Assembly (NCBI GenBank): GCA_944322805.1
Contig: CALUQC010000117.1
Location: 169 to 64,168 of the forward strand
DNA: 64,000 nt
Source of the DNA: an uncultured Bacteroidales bacterium
GTDB lineage: Bacteria > Bacteroidota > Bacteroidia > Bacteroidales > UBA932
Reading direction: 5' to 3'
Positions 42,493 to 52,084 of this stretch are shown piece by piece; position 1 is the first letter of the stretch; each line of letters opens with the position of its first letter. Under the pieces are notes generated by a model. It did no database searches. It was not told the origin of the DNA and was given only the letters and a program-made list of their open reading frames with translations. The position numbers and the translations under genes were made by a program.

Positions 42493-43169
42493 GATGGAAT
42501 ACGGTTGCATATGACATCATAAAGTTCTTCGGGCGTGCCGCACAGGAAGTGCGGATGCTTCATCTCCAGTTCTTCCCTGCTCCTGAATCCCCAGGTCACT
42601 CCTATCGTCGTCACTCCGGCGTTGGCCCCCGTTTCCATGTCCACATCCGAATCCCCGACATAAGCGACTTCATCTTTCCGTATTTCCCCGAAGGCCCTCT
42701 CTATCTCGCGTACGATTTCCGGGTCCGGCTTTATGGGCATCCCGTCTCTCTGTCCGAGTATCCGCAGGAAATTGCGCCCGCCGAAAAACCTGTGAACGAG
42801 AGCCTCCGCCCCTTCCTGGTATTTGTTGGAGGCCACTGCAAGCGTTACACCTTCATTTTCCAGTTTTTCGAGCAGCTCCGGGATTCCGGCGTAGGGTTTT
42901 GTGCGGTCGGCCTTGTGCTCATTATAATAAGGTATGAAAAAATCCCGCATTTTCATTACCGTTTCTTCCGTCCGCCTGTCTTCCGGCAGCGCATCGCGGA
43001 ACAGATTGTATATTCCACGCCCTACGAGCTTGTTGTAGTCGGACATCGCCCGCTCGGGACATCCGCAGGATTTTAAGGCATGATTGCATGCTGTTCCCAA
43101 ATCCTCGATCGTATCGAGCAGTGTGCCGTCGAGATCGAAAATTGCCAGTTTAATTTTTGTATGTGCCAT
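42486..43169 (-). CDS. HAD family hydrolase (phosphoglycolate phosphatase-like)
   Basis: FDLDGTL, ASNK, KPDP, VGDSDVD, VTWGFR. Confidence 0.9.
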   Translation of the reverse strand: MAHTKIKLAIFDLDGTLLDTIEDLGTACNHALKSCGCPERAMSDYNKLVGRGIYNLFRDALPEDRRTEETVMKMRDFFIPYYNEHKADRTKPYAGIPELLEKLENEGVTLAVASNKYQEGAEALVHRFFGGRNFLRILGQRDGMPIKPDPEIVREIERAFGEIRKDEVAYVGDSDVDMETGANAGVTTIGVTWGFRSREELEMKHPHFLCGTPEELYDVICNRIPSC

Positions 43170-43221
43170 GGTTTGGTACATTGAGATATTATTTTTGCAT
43201 TGTAATTAAAAATCAGGAACT

Positions 43222-43347
43222 ATGAAAAATACAGAATTTTCCCTTGATTCCATCAATGTGTGCGTTTCTTCAGAACAGTCTTTCCGCGACCTCATGGATT
43301 TCGTGAAAGAGTTCGATCTGGAACTTATGAATGTCAGTCTTTCATGA
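43222..43347 (+). CDS. Putative 41-aa small protein (below the ORF-track size cutoff)
   Basis: MKNTEFSLDSINVCVSSEQSFRDLMDFVKEFDLELMNVSLS; preceded by TATTTTTG (43190-43197) and an A-rich leader. Confidence 0.4.
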   Translation: MKNTEFSLDSINVCVSSEQSFRDLMDFVKEFDLELMNVSLS

Positions 43348-45676
43348 CGGCTTTCGTCTGCATGCCCTCTGCCGTGATGTACAGCCGTTTCAGGCCGGGA
43401 CCGGATGCCGGGCCGTTTGAGATGATGAAGTCCGAGACGGGATCTTCCACATATTTCCGGACAGACCGTTTGAGAGGTCTTGCCCCGTAGGCCGGATCGT
43501 ATCCGGATTCGAGGATGAGTTTTTTGACGGAAGGCGGAATGTAAAGCCTGTAGCCTGCTTCCGCGATTCTTTTGCGGAGTCCTTTCAGTTCGATGTCCGC
43601 GATTTTCCCGATGTCATCCATTGAAAGCGGCCGGAAATGTATCTGCTCGTCTATCCTGTTCAGGAATTCGGGAGGAAAGAAATTCCTGACGGCTTTTTCG
43701 AGGATGCTCTTTTTCCTGCTTTCCCCGGAGCCGGATGAAGTGGTGAAGCCGAGTCCTGCACCGAATTCCCCGACTTCGCGGCTGCCGATGTTCGAGGTCA
43801 TTATGATGATGGTGTTCCGGAAATCCACAGTCCGTCCGCTGCTGTCCGTGAGCCTGCCTTCATCAAGTACCTGGAGAAGCAGGTTGAATATATCCGGATG
43901 AGCCTTCTCCACTTCGTCGAGGAGGATGACGCTGTACGGCTTTCTCCTGACCTGCTCGCTGAGCTGTCCGCCTTCGTCGAAGCCGACATAGCCCGGAGGT
44001 GCGCCTATCAGCCTGGAAGCGGTGAACTTCTCCATGTATTCGCTCATGTCTATCCGTATGATATTGTCCTCGGAGTCGAACAGATACTCGGCAAGGGATT
44101 TTGCCAGCTGCGTTTTTCCTACGCCTGTCGGACCGAAAAAAAGGAATGTCCCCACTGGCCTGTGAGGGTCTCTTACTCCCGCCCTGTTCCTCCTGATGGC
44201 CTTTGCCACCTTTTCCACGGCTTCGTCCTGCCCAATGATGCGTTCTTTCAGCTTTTTCTCCATTTCCATGAGCCTGACCCGTTCCGATTCGACCAGTTTG
44301 GAGACAGGAATGCCTGTCATCACCGATATAACCTCGGCGACATCCTCTTCCTGTACGCACGGCAATTCATGCCGGCGCCTGACCGGATGGCTGATGCTTA
44401 CCTTCGATCCCGCTTCGTCCAGGACGTCTATGGCCTTGTCCGGAAGGCATCTGTTGGTGATATAGCGGTCTGACAGCCTGACGCATGCCTCCAGGGCCTC
44501 CCTGGTGTAGGTGACGTAATGGTAGTTTGCATATCTCGGCTGGATGTTTTCCAGTATGGCCATGGTCTGGGCGAAGTCAGTCGGATCGACCTGCACTTTC
44601 TGGAAACGCCGGTCGAGGGCCCCGTCCTTTTCCACGATTTTGCGGAATTCATCCGATGTGGTGGCTCCGATACAGTGCACTTCGCCTCTTGCCAAGGCAG
44701 GTTTCAGTATGTTGGCCGCATCCAAGCTGCCTCCGGCTCCTCCGGCGCCCACTATCGTATGGAATTCGTCTATGAACAGGATGATGTCTGGATTGTCCTT
44801 TACCTCGCTTATGATGGCTTTCAGACGTTTTTCGAACTCCCCGCGGTATTTCGTACCCGCTACCGTGGAAGCCATGTCCAGGGATATGATTCTTTTGCCT
44901 GCGAGCACCGGAGGCACTTCTCCGCGGACTATCCTGATGGCGATTCCTTCCACTATCGCGGATTTTCCCGCACCCGGCTCGCCGACGAGCATCGGGTTGT
45001 TCTTTTTGCGCCGCCCGAGTATTCGGATTACCCTTTCGGTTTCATTCTCCCTGCCTGTCACCGGATCGAGTTTTCCAGACCTTGCGGCTTCCGTCAGGTC
45101 ATAGCCGAATTTTTCCAGTGCGGATGCTTCTTTCCGCATTTCCTGTCCCTCGTCCGCGTTTGCTGCGCCCTCGTCCCCGTTTTCCGGACGTTCCCCGCCG
45201 TCTTCCCTGCTCCAGTCCTTGCCGGAATTTCCGAGCACCCCGGCGGCTTCCAGATAGCCGTGTATCCTGTCGTAGTCGGTACCTTTGTCGTACAGCCAGG
45301 TCTGCCCGTATCCGCTGACCGCATTACGGCACAGGGCGAGCAGCATGTGCTCCGGGCGGATTATGTCCGACATCATCTGCGATGCTTCCAGGATGGTGAG
45401 GCTGAGGGTGTTGTAGGCGCCTCGCGACAGGGATACCTTGCCGGAGTCCGAGAACGGGATGTACTTGTCCGTCCTTATCTTGCCGTCGATGAACTGCTTG
45501 AATTCGTCAAGGTCTATCCCTAAGGCCTGCAGGGTCTCGGCGGCCATGTTGTTCTTGTGCCTGATGATCCCGAGGAACAGGTGATCCGGAGATATGCCGT
45601 AGCTTCCGGTACGCATCGCTTCGTCGCGTGCGAAGTTTATGATGATATTGAGTTCTTTTGAAATTTTTATTTCCAT
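43334..45676 (-). CDS. clpC: ATP-dependent Clp protease ATP-binding subunit (ClpC-type, middle domain absent)
   Basis: Clp-N domain, GEPGAGKS and GPTGVGKT Walker A motifs, RIDMSEY, LIGAPPGYVG, LGF loop; likely true start MEIKISK at 45676, not 49780. Confidence 0.9.
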   Translation of the reverse strand: MEIKISKELNIIINFARDEAMRTGSYGISPDHLFLGIIRHKNNMAAETLQALGIDLDEFKQFIDGKIRTDKYIPFSDSGKVSLSRGAYNTLSLTILEASQMMSDIIRPEHMLLALCRNAVSGYGQTWLYDKGTDYDRIHGYLEAAGVLGNSGKDWSREDGGERPENGDEGAANADEGQEMRKEASALEKFGYDLTEAARSGKLDPVTGRENETERVIRILGRRKKNNPMLVGEPGAGKSAIVEGIAIRIVRGEVPPVLAGKRIISLDMASTVAGTKYRGEFEKRLKAIISEVKDNPDIILFIDEFHTIVGAGGAGGSLDAANILKPALARGEVHCIGATTSDEFRKIVEKDGALDRRFQKVQVDPTDFAQTMAILENIQPRYANYHYVTYTREALEACVRLSDRYITNRCLPDKAIDVLDEAGSKVSISHPVRRRHELPCVQEEDVAEVISVMTGIPVSKLVESERVRLMEMEKKLKERIIGQDEAVEKVAKAIRRNRAGVRDPHRPVGTFLFFGPTGVGKTQLAKSLAEYLFDSEDNIIRIDMSEYMEKFTASRLIGAPPGYVGFDEGGQLSEQVRRKPYSVILLDEVEKAHPDIFNLLLQVLDEGRLTDSSGRTVDFRNTIIIMTSNIGSREVGEFGAGLGFTTSSGSGESRKKSILEKAVRNFFPPEFLNRIDEQIHFRPLSMDDIGKIADIELKGLRKRIAEAGYRLYIPPSVKKLILESGYDPAYGARPLKRSVRKYVEDPVSDFIISNGPASGPGLKRLYITAEGMQTKAVMKD

Positions 45677-45734
45677 ATATCGTGTGTTGCTCCGCAAAGA
45701 TAGGAAAACTCGGCCAAACTCGGTGTATGACGGC

Positions 45735-45764
45735 TTTGTTTTCGAAGAAAATTTAGTATATTTG
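45735..45764 (+). promoter_or_regulatory. gyrA promoter (TTTG-N18-TATATTTG)
   Basis: Bacteroidetes -33/-7 consensus. Confidence 0.55.
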
Positions 45765-45847
45765 CAGGCTATGTTCGTGCCGGATGAGTTTCCGGAAATG
45801 ATCCGGCCGGTACGGCATTCAAGTATAAAGAAAACGGGAGAAATTAT

Positions 45848-48412
45848 ATGGATAATGAAAAGAATCCGATCGGGTCCGAAGTGCCGGCGGGAAGAATAGA
45901 GACGGTCAATATCGACAGGCAGATGAGGAGTTCGTATATCGACTATTCCATGTCTGTGATAGTGTCGAGGGCGCTGCCGGATGTAAGGGACGGAATGAAG
46001 CCGATTCACAGGAGGGTCCTTTTCGGAATGACGGGGCTGGGCCTGAGTTATTCCGGACAGACGAAGAAGTCCGCGAGAATAGTCGGTGAGGTAATGGGAA
46101 AGTATCACCCGCACGGAGACAGCAGCATCTATGAGGCGATGGTCAGGATGGCCCAGAACTGGAGCCTGAGATATCCTCTCGTGTTCGGCCAGGGAAACTT
46201 CGGGTCGATGGACGGGGACTCGCCTGCGGCAATGCGTTATACCGAGGCCAAACTTGAAAAGCTCGCAGAGGAAGTCATGGCCGACATAGACAAGAATACG
46301 GTTGATTTCCAGAACAACTTCGACGATACTCTCCAGGAGCCGACTGTCCTGCCTACCAAGGCGCCGCTCCTGCTGCTGAACGGGTCTTCGGGCATCGCCG
46401 TGGGTATGGCAACGAATATGGCTCCGCACAATCTCGGAGAGACCTGCGACGCCATCTGCGCATACATAGACAATCCGGACATTACGACGGATGAACTCAT
46501 GCATTATATCAAGGGCCCGGATTTCCCTACAGGCGGCATCATCCAGGGGCATCAGGGCATCAGGGATGCGTTCGAGACGGGAAGAGGCAGAATAGTCATC
46601 AGGTCCAGGACGGAGATAGAGGTCAGCGAATCCGGCAGGGAGACCATAGTCGTGACGGAGATTCCGTACATGGTCAACAAGCGGGAACTGATAGAGAAGA
46701 TAGTGGAACTCGTGGAGAACAAGAAGATAGACGGCATAGTCTATGTGAACGACGAGACCACGAGAAAGGGAATGCGCATCGTCATCAAGCTGAAGATAGG
46801 CGCGAATTCCAATGTCGTACTCAATACCCTTTTCAAATATACTCCGCTGCAGTCCAGTTTCTCGGTGAACAACGTAGCATTGGTGCACGGCCGTCCGAGA
46901 ACGCTGAACCTGAAGGAGATGATCAAATATTTCGTCCAGCACAGGCACGATGTGGTGGTCCGCAGGACGCAGTTCGATCTGGAAAAGGCGAAAAAGCGTG
47001 CGCATATTCTCGAAGGCCTGCTGAAGGCCCTGGATGTGATAGACGAGATTATCGCCATCATAAGGTCGTCCCGCAGCGTGGACGATGCCAAATCCCAGCT
47101 GATAGAGCGTTTCGCGTTTTCGGATGCACAGGCTACGGCCATCGTGGAAATGAGGCTCCGGCAGCTGACCGGACTCGAGAGGGAAAAGCTCCAGGCGGAA
47201 TACGACGAACTGATGAAGTTCATCGCCTACTGCGAGGAAGTCCTTTCCAGCTATGACAAGCAGATGGAGGTCATCAAGGATGAACTTCAGGAACTGAAAC
47301 AGAAATACGGGGATCCGCGCAGGACCGAGATAGCGTTGTCCGCAGAGGAATTCAATCCTGAGGATTTCTATCCGGACGAGGATGTGGTCATCACCATTTC
47401 CCATCTGGGCTATATCAAGAGGACTCCGCTTACTGAATACCGCACCCAGAACCGCGGCGGCGTAGGCATGAAGGGAAGCGCTACCAGGGACGAAGACTTC
47501 ATAGAGTACATCTATGTGGCCAACATGCACAGCACCATGCTGCTGTTTACCAAGAACGGCAGATGCTTCTGGCTGAAAGTCTACGAGATTCCGGAAGGGA
47601 CCAAGACATCCAAGGGCCGCGCGATACAGAACGTGATAAATATCGAGCCGGACGATACCGTGAAGGCATTCATAAATGTCAGGAATCTGAAGGACGAGGA
47701 GTTTGTAAACAACAACTACATCGTTCTCGTCACCAAGAAGGGCATCATCAAGAAGACTCTGCTGGAGGCTTATTCCAGACCGAGGGCCAACGGTGTGAAC
47801 GCCATCACTGTCAGGGACGGCGACGAACTTCTCGAGGCGTCCATGACCAACGGAAGATGCCAGATATTCCTGGCCGGCAGGGACGGAAACTGTGCAAGAT
47901 TCAACGAGGAGGACGCAAGGCCGCTCGGCAGGACGGCTTCCGGAGTGAAGGGCATGAATATCAGCGACAGCGATGAAGTCATCGGAATGATATGCTATGA
48001 TCCGGAGGCGGAAGACGCCGGCAGGAGGACTATTCTTGTAGTCAGTGAAAACGGCTACGGAAAGCGGTCCGATTACGAAGAATACCGCCTTACGCACAGG
48101 GGCAGCAAGGGTGTCAGGACGTTGAACATAACCGAGAAGACGGGCAAACTGGTAGCCATAAAGGATGTTACGGACGACAACGATCTCATGATAATAAACA
48201 AGTCCGGCCTTACCATCAGGATGAATGTTTCGGACATCAGGGTGGCAGGCAGGGCCACGCAGGGCGTGCGTCTGATAAACATCAAGGAAGGAGATGCCAT
48301 AGCTGCCGTGTCGGCGGTAAGCAAAAGCGATGACGGGGAGGACAACCCTGGCGGGCCGGCACAGGCATCGGGGGAAGGCGCCGCTCCGGAGGAAGCCAGT
48401 CAGAATGAATAA
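45848..48412 (+). CDS. gyrA: DNA gyrase subunit A
   Basis: [23 protein letters not shown], GyrA box QNRGGVG. Confidence 0.98.
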   Translation: MDNEKNPIGSEVPAGRIETVNIDRQMRSSYIDYSMSVIVSRALPDVRDGMKPIHRRVLFGMTGLGLSYSGQTKKSARIVGEVMGKYHPHGDSSIYEAMVRMAQNWSLRYPLVFGQGNFGSMDGDSPAAMRYTEAKLEKLAEEVMADIDKNTVDFQNNFDDTLQEPTVLPTKAPLLLLNGSSGIAVGMATNMAPHNLGETCDAICAYIDNPDITTDELMHYIKGPDFPTGGIIQGHQGIRDAFETGRGRIVIRSRTEIEVSESGRETIVVTEIPYMVNKRELIEKIVELVENKKIDGIVYVNDETTRKGMRIVIKLKIGANSNVVLNTLFKYTPLQSSFSVNNVALVHGRPRTLNLKEMIKYFVQHRHDVVVRRTQFDLEKAKKRAHILEGLLKALDVIDEIIAIIRSSRSVDDAKSQLIERFAFSDAQATAIVEMRLRQLTGLEREKLQAEYDELMKFIAYCEEVLSSYDKQMEVIKDELQELKQKYGDPRRTEIALSAEEFNPEDFYPDEDVVITISHLGYIKRTPLTEYRTQNRGGVGMKGSATRDEDFIEYIYVANMHSTMLLFTKNGRCFWLKVYEIPEGTKTSKGRAIQNVINIEPDDTVKAFINVRNLKDEEFVNNNYIVLVTKKGIIKKTLLEAYSRPRANGVNAITVRDGDELLEASMTNGRCQIFLAGRDGNCARFNEEDARPLGRTASGVKGMNISDSDEVIGMICYDPEAEDAGRRTILVVSENGYGKRSDYEEYRLTHRGSKGVRTLNITEKTGKLVAIKDVTDDNDLMIINKSGLTIRMNVSDIRVAGRATQGVRLINIKEGDAIAAVSAVSKSDDGEDNPGGPAQASGEGAAPEEASQNE

Positions 48413-48436
48413 TAATACTTTAATCAAATTTTCATT

Positions 48437-49750
48437 ATGAAACGTATTCTTATAGCATTGGCCGTACTTTTGACCATCCAGATGGCCGATGCGCAGGTGA
48501 AATCTCCTGCAGATGCCAAGAAAGCCGTAGAAGCCGCAGCGGAAGCGACTGCAAATCCTAAAAAGGCTGCCAAACCTGCGACCTGGCTCAAACTTGCCAA
48601 CGCATATATGGATGCATATACGGCTCCGATGGGCAATGGCTGGATAGGTGCCAACAAACAGGAACTTACATTCATTATGGGGAATGACAAGCCGTCTTCC
48701 ACCCAGAATGTCACCCTTGCCGGCGAGACCTACACCAAGGAGACTTACAATACGATGAACTACTACTACAATGCGAACAACCAGCTTGCATTGATCGAAG
48801 TTACCAAGCCTGTCTACTCTGATGCGCTCGACAAGGCGCTCGAGGCTTATCTCGAGGCTGCGAAGGTGGACGCAAAGGGCAGCAAGGCCAAGGATGTGGA
48901 TGCAGGTGTGAAGAATGTTGCCGCTAAATTCGTGGAGCAGGGCATGAACAGCTACATGTTCGGCGACCTTAAGGCTGCGAGCGAAAATTTCGAAAAGGCA
49001 GTCAAGGCGTCCGAGTCCGCCCCGAATCCTGTCATTGATACCATGGCCGTGTACAATGCCGGCTTTACTGCCTGGATGGCCCAGGACTACGCAAAGGCGG
49101 AGCCTTTCTTCAAGAGGTGCATTGATCTGAAATATGAGGAGGACGGTGAAGTTTATGCCAAACTGGCCGATATCTATACCAAGATTGACAAAAAGGAAGA
49201 TGCAAAGTCCATCCTGGAGACCGGTTTTGCGGAATATCCGCAGAATCAGAGCATCATCATCGGTCTGATAAACTACTATATCGAAAGCGGAGAACAGCCT
49301 GACGAACTGTTCCGCCTGCTCGACGTGGCAAAGCAGAATGAGCCGAACAATGCTTCCCTTTACTATGTGGAAGGCGATATCCACAGCAAGCTGGGACACA
49401 AGGACGAGGCCATAGCCGCATACATGAAATCCAACGAGATCAACCCTGACTACGAATTCGGTCTTATCGGCATAGGTATCCTGTATTACAATGAAGCCCT
49501 CGAGCTTCAGGACAAGGCTGCCAACGAATTCGACGATGCCAAATACATGGCTCTCGTCGAGCAGTTCGAGGCTGCGCTCATGAATGCCATCGAGCCTTTC
49601 GAGAAGGCATTCAACATCACCAAGGACAATCAGATCAAGGTGAGCATCGCAGAGTATCTCAAGAATATCTACTATCGTTTCCGCGATAAGGATCCTAAGT
49701 ACGAGGAAGGATATAACAAATATTCCACTATTGTGGAAAACGGCCTTTAG
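48437..49750 (+). CDS. Exported TPR-repeat protein
   Basis: Signal peptide; multiple TPR helices; usual position after gyrA in Bacteroidetes. Confidence 0.85.
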   Translation: MKRILIALAVLLTIQMADAQVKSPADAKKAVEAAAEATANPKKAAKPATWLKLANAYMDAYTAPMGNGWIGANKQELTFIMGNDKPSSTQNVTLAGETYTKETYNTMNYYYNANNQLALIEVTKPVYSDALDKALEAYLEAAKVDAKGSKAKDVDAGVKNVAAKFVEQGMNSYMFGDLKAASENFEKAVKASESAPNPVIDTMAVYNAGFTAWMAQDYAKAEPFFKRCIDLKYEEDGEVYAKLADIYTKIDKKEDAKSILETGFAEYPQNQSIIIGLINYYIESGEQPDELFRLLDVAKQNEPNNASLYYVEGDIHSKLGHKDEAIAAYMKSNEINPDYEFGLIGIGILYYNEALELQDKAANEFDDAKYMALVEQFEAALMNAIEPFEKAFNITKDNQIKVSIAEYLKNIYYRFRDKDPKYEEGYNKYSTIVENGL

Positions 49751-49798
49751 TATGCGTGCCGGAGCGATTGCGCACAGCATGTGACTTTACGTCCGGAT

Positions 49799-49835
49799 AA
49801 AAAGAGGGGATGGGTGCTGGCCCATCCTCTTTTTT
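49799..49835. terminator. Bidirectional intrinsic terminator
   Basis: AAAAAGAGGGGATGGG-tgctgg-CCCATCCTCTTTTTT between convergent genes. Confidence 0.8.
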
Positions 49836-49926
49836 GTATTCCCGCCTGAGTCCGCTTCTCTCGGCTTCGCTCGAGATGACAAAGGTGGGGCGCTCGTGGT
49901 GGACATTGCCCGGAGTCCCGGACGCG

Positions 49927-50859
49927 TCAGATTTCGAAAGCCTTGACGATTTTTGCCACCAAAGGATGCCGAACGATATCTTCGTTCCTGAAAAATATGC
50001 AGCTTACGCCCTTGATGTCTTTCAGCAGTCCTATACCCTTCATCAGACCGGATTCCCTCTTGTCCGGCAGGTCTATCTGGCTGGCGTCTCCTGTCACTAT
50101 GAATTTTGCATCGCACCCCATTCTCGTAAGGAACATCTTAAGCTGCCCGAGATTCGTATTCTGCGCTTCGTCCAGGATAACGCAGGCCTTGTCGAGCGTG
50201 CGCCCTCTCATATATGCCAGCGGAGCTATCTGCACGATGCCTTCTTCCATGAAATCATTCAGTTTCTTGGCGGGAATCATGTCGCCGAGCGCATCGTAGA
50301 GCGGCTGGAGATACGGGTCCAGTTTGTCTTTCAGATCCCCCGGCAGGAAGCCGAGCCTTTCACCCGCCTCGACTGCCGGACGTGTCAGGATAATCCTTTT
50401 TATCTCCCTGCGCTTCAATGCCCTGACGGCGAGGGCTATGGCAATGTATGTCTTTCCCGTGCCGGCGGGACCCACCGCAAACAGCAGGTCGTTTTCGAAA
50501 TATGCCTTCACCATTTCTTCCTGCGTACTGTTCCTCGCCCGTATGGGCTTCCCGTCTATGCCGTGCACTATGACGGCGTCGCCCCTCGGAATGAATTTTT
50601 CAGTCATCCGTTCCCCGTCGAACAGGTCTTCCACATCGTACGGAGTCAGATTCCGTTTGTGCAGCCTGCGTTCTATCAGCATATTGATTTTTTCTCCGAA
50701 CAGCGTACAGTCTGATTCCGAGCCTTCTAAAAATATCTCGTCGCCCCTTACCGTGACCTTCAGCTGCGGAAACCATCCGCACAAGGCTTCCATGACCCTG
50801 TTCCCGGCCCCGTAGATTTCCACAGGATCGATGTTTTCCAGCTTTATCGTTTTCTTCAT
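49927..50859 (-). CDS. phoH: PhoH family ATPase
   Basis: GPAGTGKT, RPAVEAGERLGFLPG, AYMRGRT, LDEAQN, IVRHPLV. Confidence 0.93.
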   Translation of the reverse strand: MKKTIKLENIDPVEIYGAGNRVMEALCGWFPQLKVTVRGDEIFLEGSESDCTLFGEKINMLIERRLHKRNLTPYDVEDLFDGERMTEKFIPRGDAVIVHGIDGKPIRARNSTQEEMVKAYFENDLLFAVGPAGTGKTYIAIALAVRALKRREIKRIILTRPAVEAGERLGFLPGDLKDKLDPYLQPLYDALGDMIPAKKLNDFMEEGIVQIAPLAYMRGRTLDKACVILDEAQNTNLGQLKMFLTRMGCDAKFIVTGDASQIDLPDKRESGLMKGIGLLKDIKGVSCIFFRNEDIVRHPLVAKIVKAFEI

Positions 50860-50883
50860 ATATGTTTTGTTTCCATTCGTGTT

Positions 50884-52077
50884 TTATTGTTCTCCTCCAT
50901 CCTCTATTCCGGTCGATTCCCTTATCCTGCAGTAGGTCGAAACCATCTTGTCGTATTCATATTCCTGCATCCATTCGCTCCTTTTCCCGATGTAGTCCTT
51001 TACTCTCACTGTAGCATGACTTTTTTTCAGGCGGCCCGGCAGCGATGACCACAGGAAAGTAAACCGCGGGACAGGGCACTCCGTATCTCCGAAACGCTCC
51101 TTTACGAGCGTGACTTCCGCCATCAGCCCTATCTGCGTGTCCCTGGCGCTCATGTTCGAAATGGCGTTCCCTAAAGAATAGATCACCGCAGTCTTTCCGG
51201 AACATCCGGCATTCCCGCCGTTTTCAATATACATCACGTCCTGAACGACATGCGGGTGAGTGCCTACAATCAGGTCGGCACCGTTCCCTGCAAGCCAGCG
51301 GGCCATTTCCTCCTGCGCATCCGAATGCTTTGTCCTGTATTCCTCTCCCCAGTGAGGCAGGGCTACGATAAAATCGGCTCCGGCCCTTTCCGCATGACGC
51401 ATGGCCTTGAGAATCTGTTCCTTATCCATGAGAAAAGTGCCGGGGAAACGTTCCGGTATCCTGATGTTGGTCCCGTAGGTGAAATTGACGAAAGCTATCT
51501 TTATGCCGTTGACATTCATCATCAGCGGAAAGACCCGGGCGGCCTCCTCCACGGTTTCCGCACTGCCGGTCATCCTGATTCCGTACTTGCGTTCCATTTC
51601 CCTGTAGACGGACAGTGTCCTGAGCAGCCCTTTCCTGCCTTTGTCGAGGATGTGGTTGTTCGCCGTCAGGAATACGTCTATCCCGCATCCGGCCATGTAT
51701 TCGGCATATGAATCAGGAGCGCTGAACGCAGGGTATCCGGTATAAGGCTCTCCCGCGAGGGTGAATTCCATGTTGGCCACGGCAATGTCCGCTTTCCGGA
51801 GATCATCCTGTATCCCGCTGAAATATCCGGAAAAGTCGAACGACCCGTCTTCCCGGCAGGCATTCTCTATCTGGGCCCGGTGCAGCATCACGTCCCCTAT
51901 GAATGCCAGCACTGCGGTATCCCTTTCCATGACAGTGTCCGGCATGGACCTGCACAGAAGAATCGAATCCTGCACTTTGCCGGCATGCCGCCGGCTGCCG
52001 GGCAATGTCTGTCCGCCAGCTGCGCCCTGCATCAGGACGAGGATGAAGATGATGAAAAGACGGTTCCCGGATTGCAT
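50884..52077 (-). CDS. CapA family metallophosphoesterase
   Basis: GDVMLH, NME, TANNHILD, HWGEEY, GTHPHVVQ, YSLGN. Confidence 0.9.
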   Translation of the reverse strand: MQSGNRLFIIFILVLMQGAAGGQTLPGSRRHAGKVQDSILLCRSMPDTVMERDTAVLAFIGDVMLHRAQIENACREDGSFDFSGYFSGIQDDLRKADIAVANMEFTLAGEPYTGYPAFSAPDSYAEYMAGCGIDVFLTANNHILDKGRKGLLRTLSVYREMERKYGIRMTGSAETVEEAARVFPLMMNVNGIKIAFVNFTYGTNIRIPERFPGTFLMDKEQILKAMRHAERAGADFIVALPHWGEEYRTKHSDAQEEMARWLAGNGADLIVGTHPHVVQDVMYIENGGNAGCSGKTAVIYSLGNAISNMSARDTQIGLMAEVTLVKERFGDTECPVPRFTFLWSSLPGRLKKSHATVRVKDYIGKRSEWMQEYEYDKMVSTYCRIRESTGIEDGGEQ

Positions 52078-52084
52078 TTACATG

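Noticed and set aside
43334-49780. 2148-aa giant ClpC fusion protein
   Set aside because: The N-terminal 1368 aa are the codon-aligned antisense of gyrA and the TPR gene; clpC has its own start (45676) and -7 promoter element
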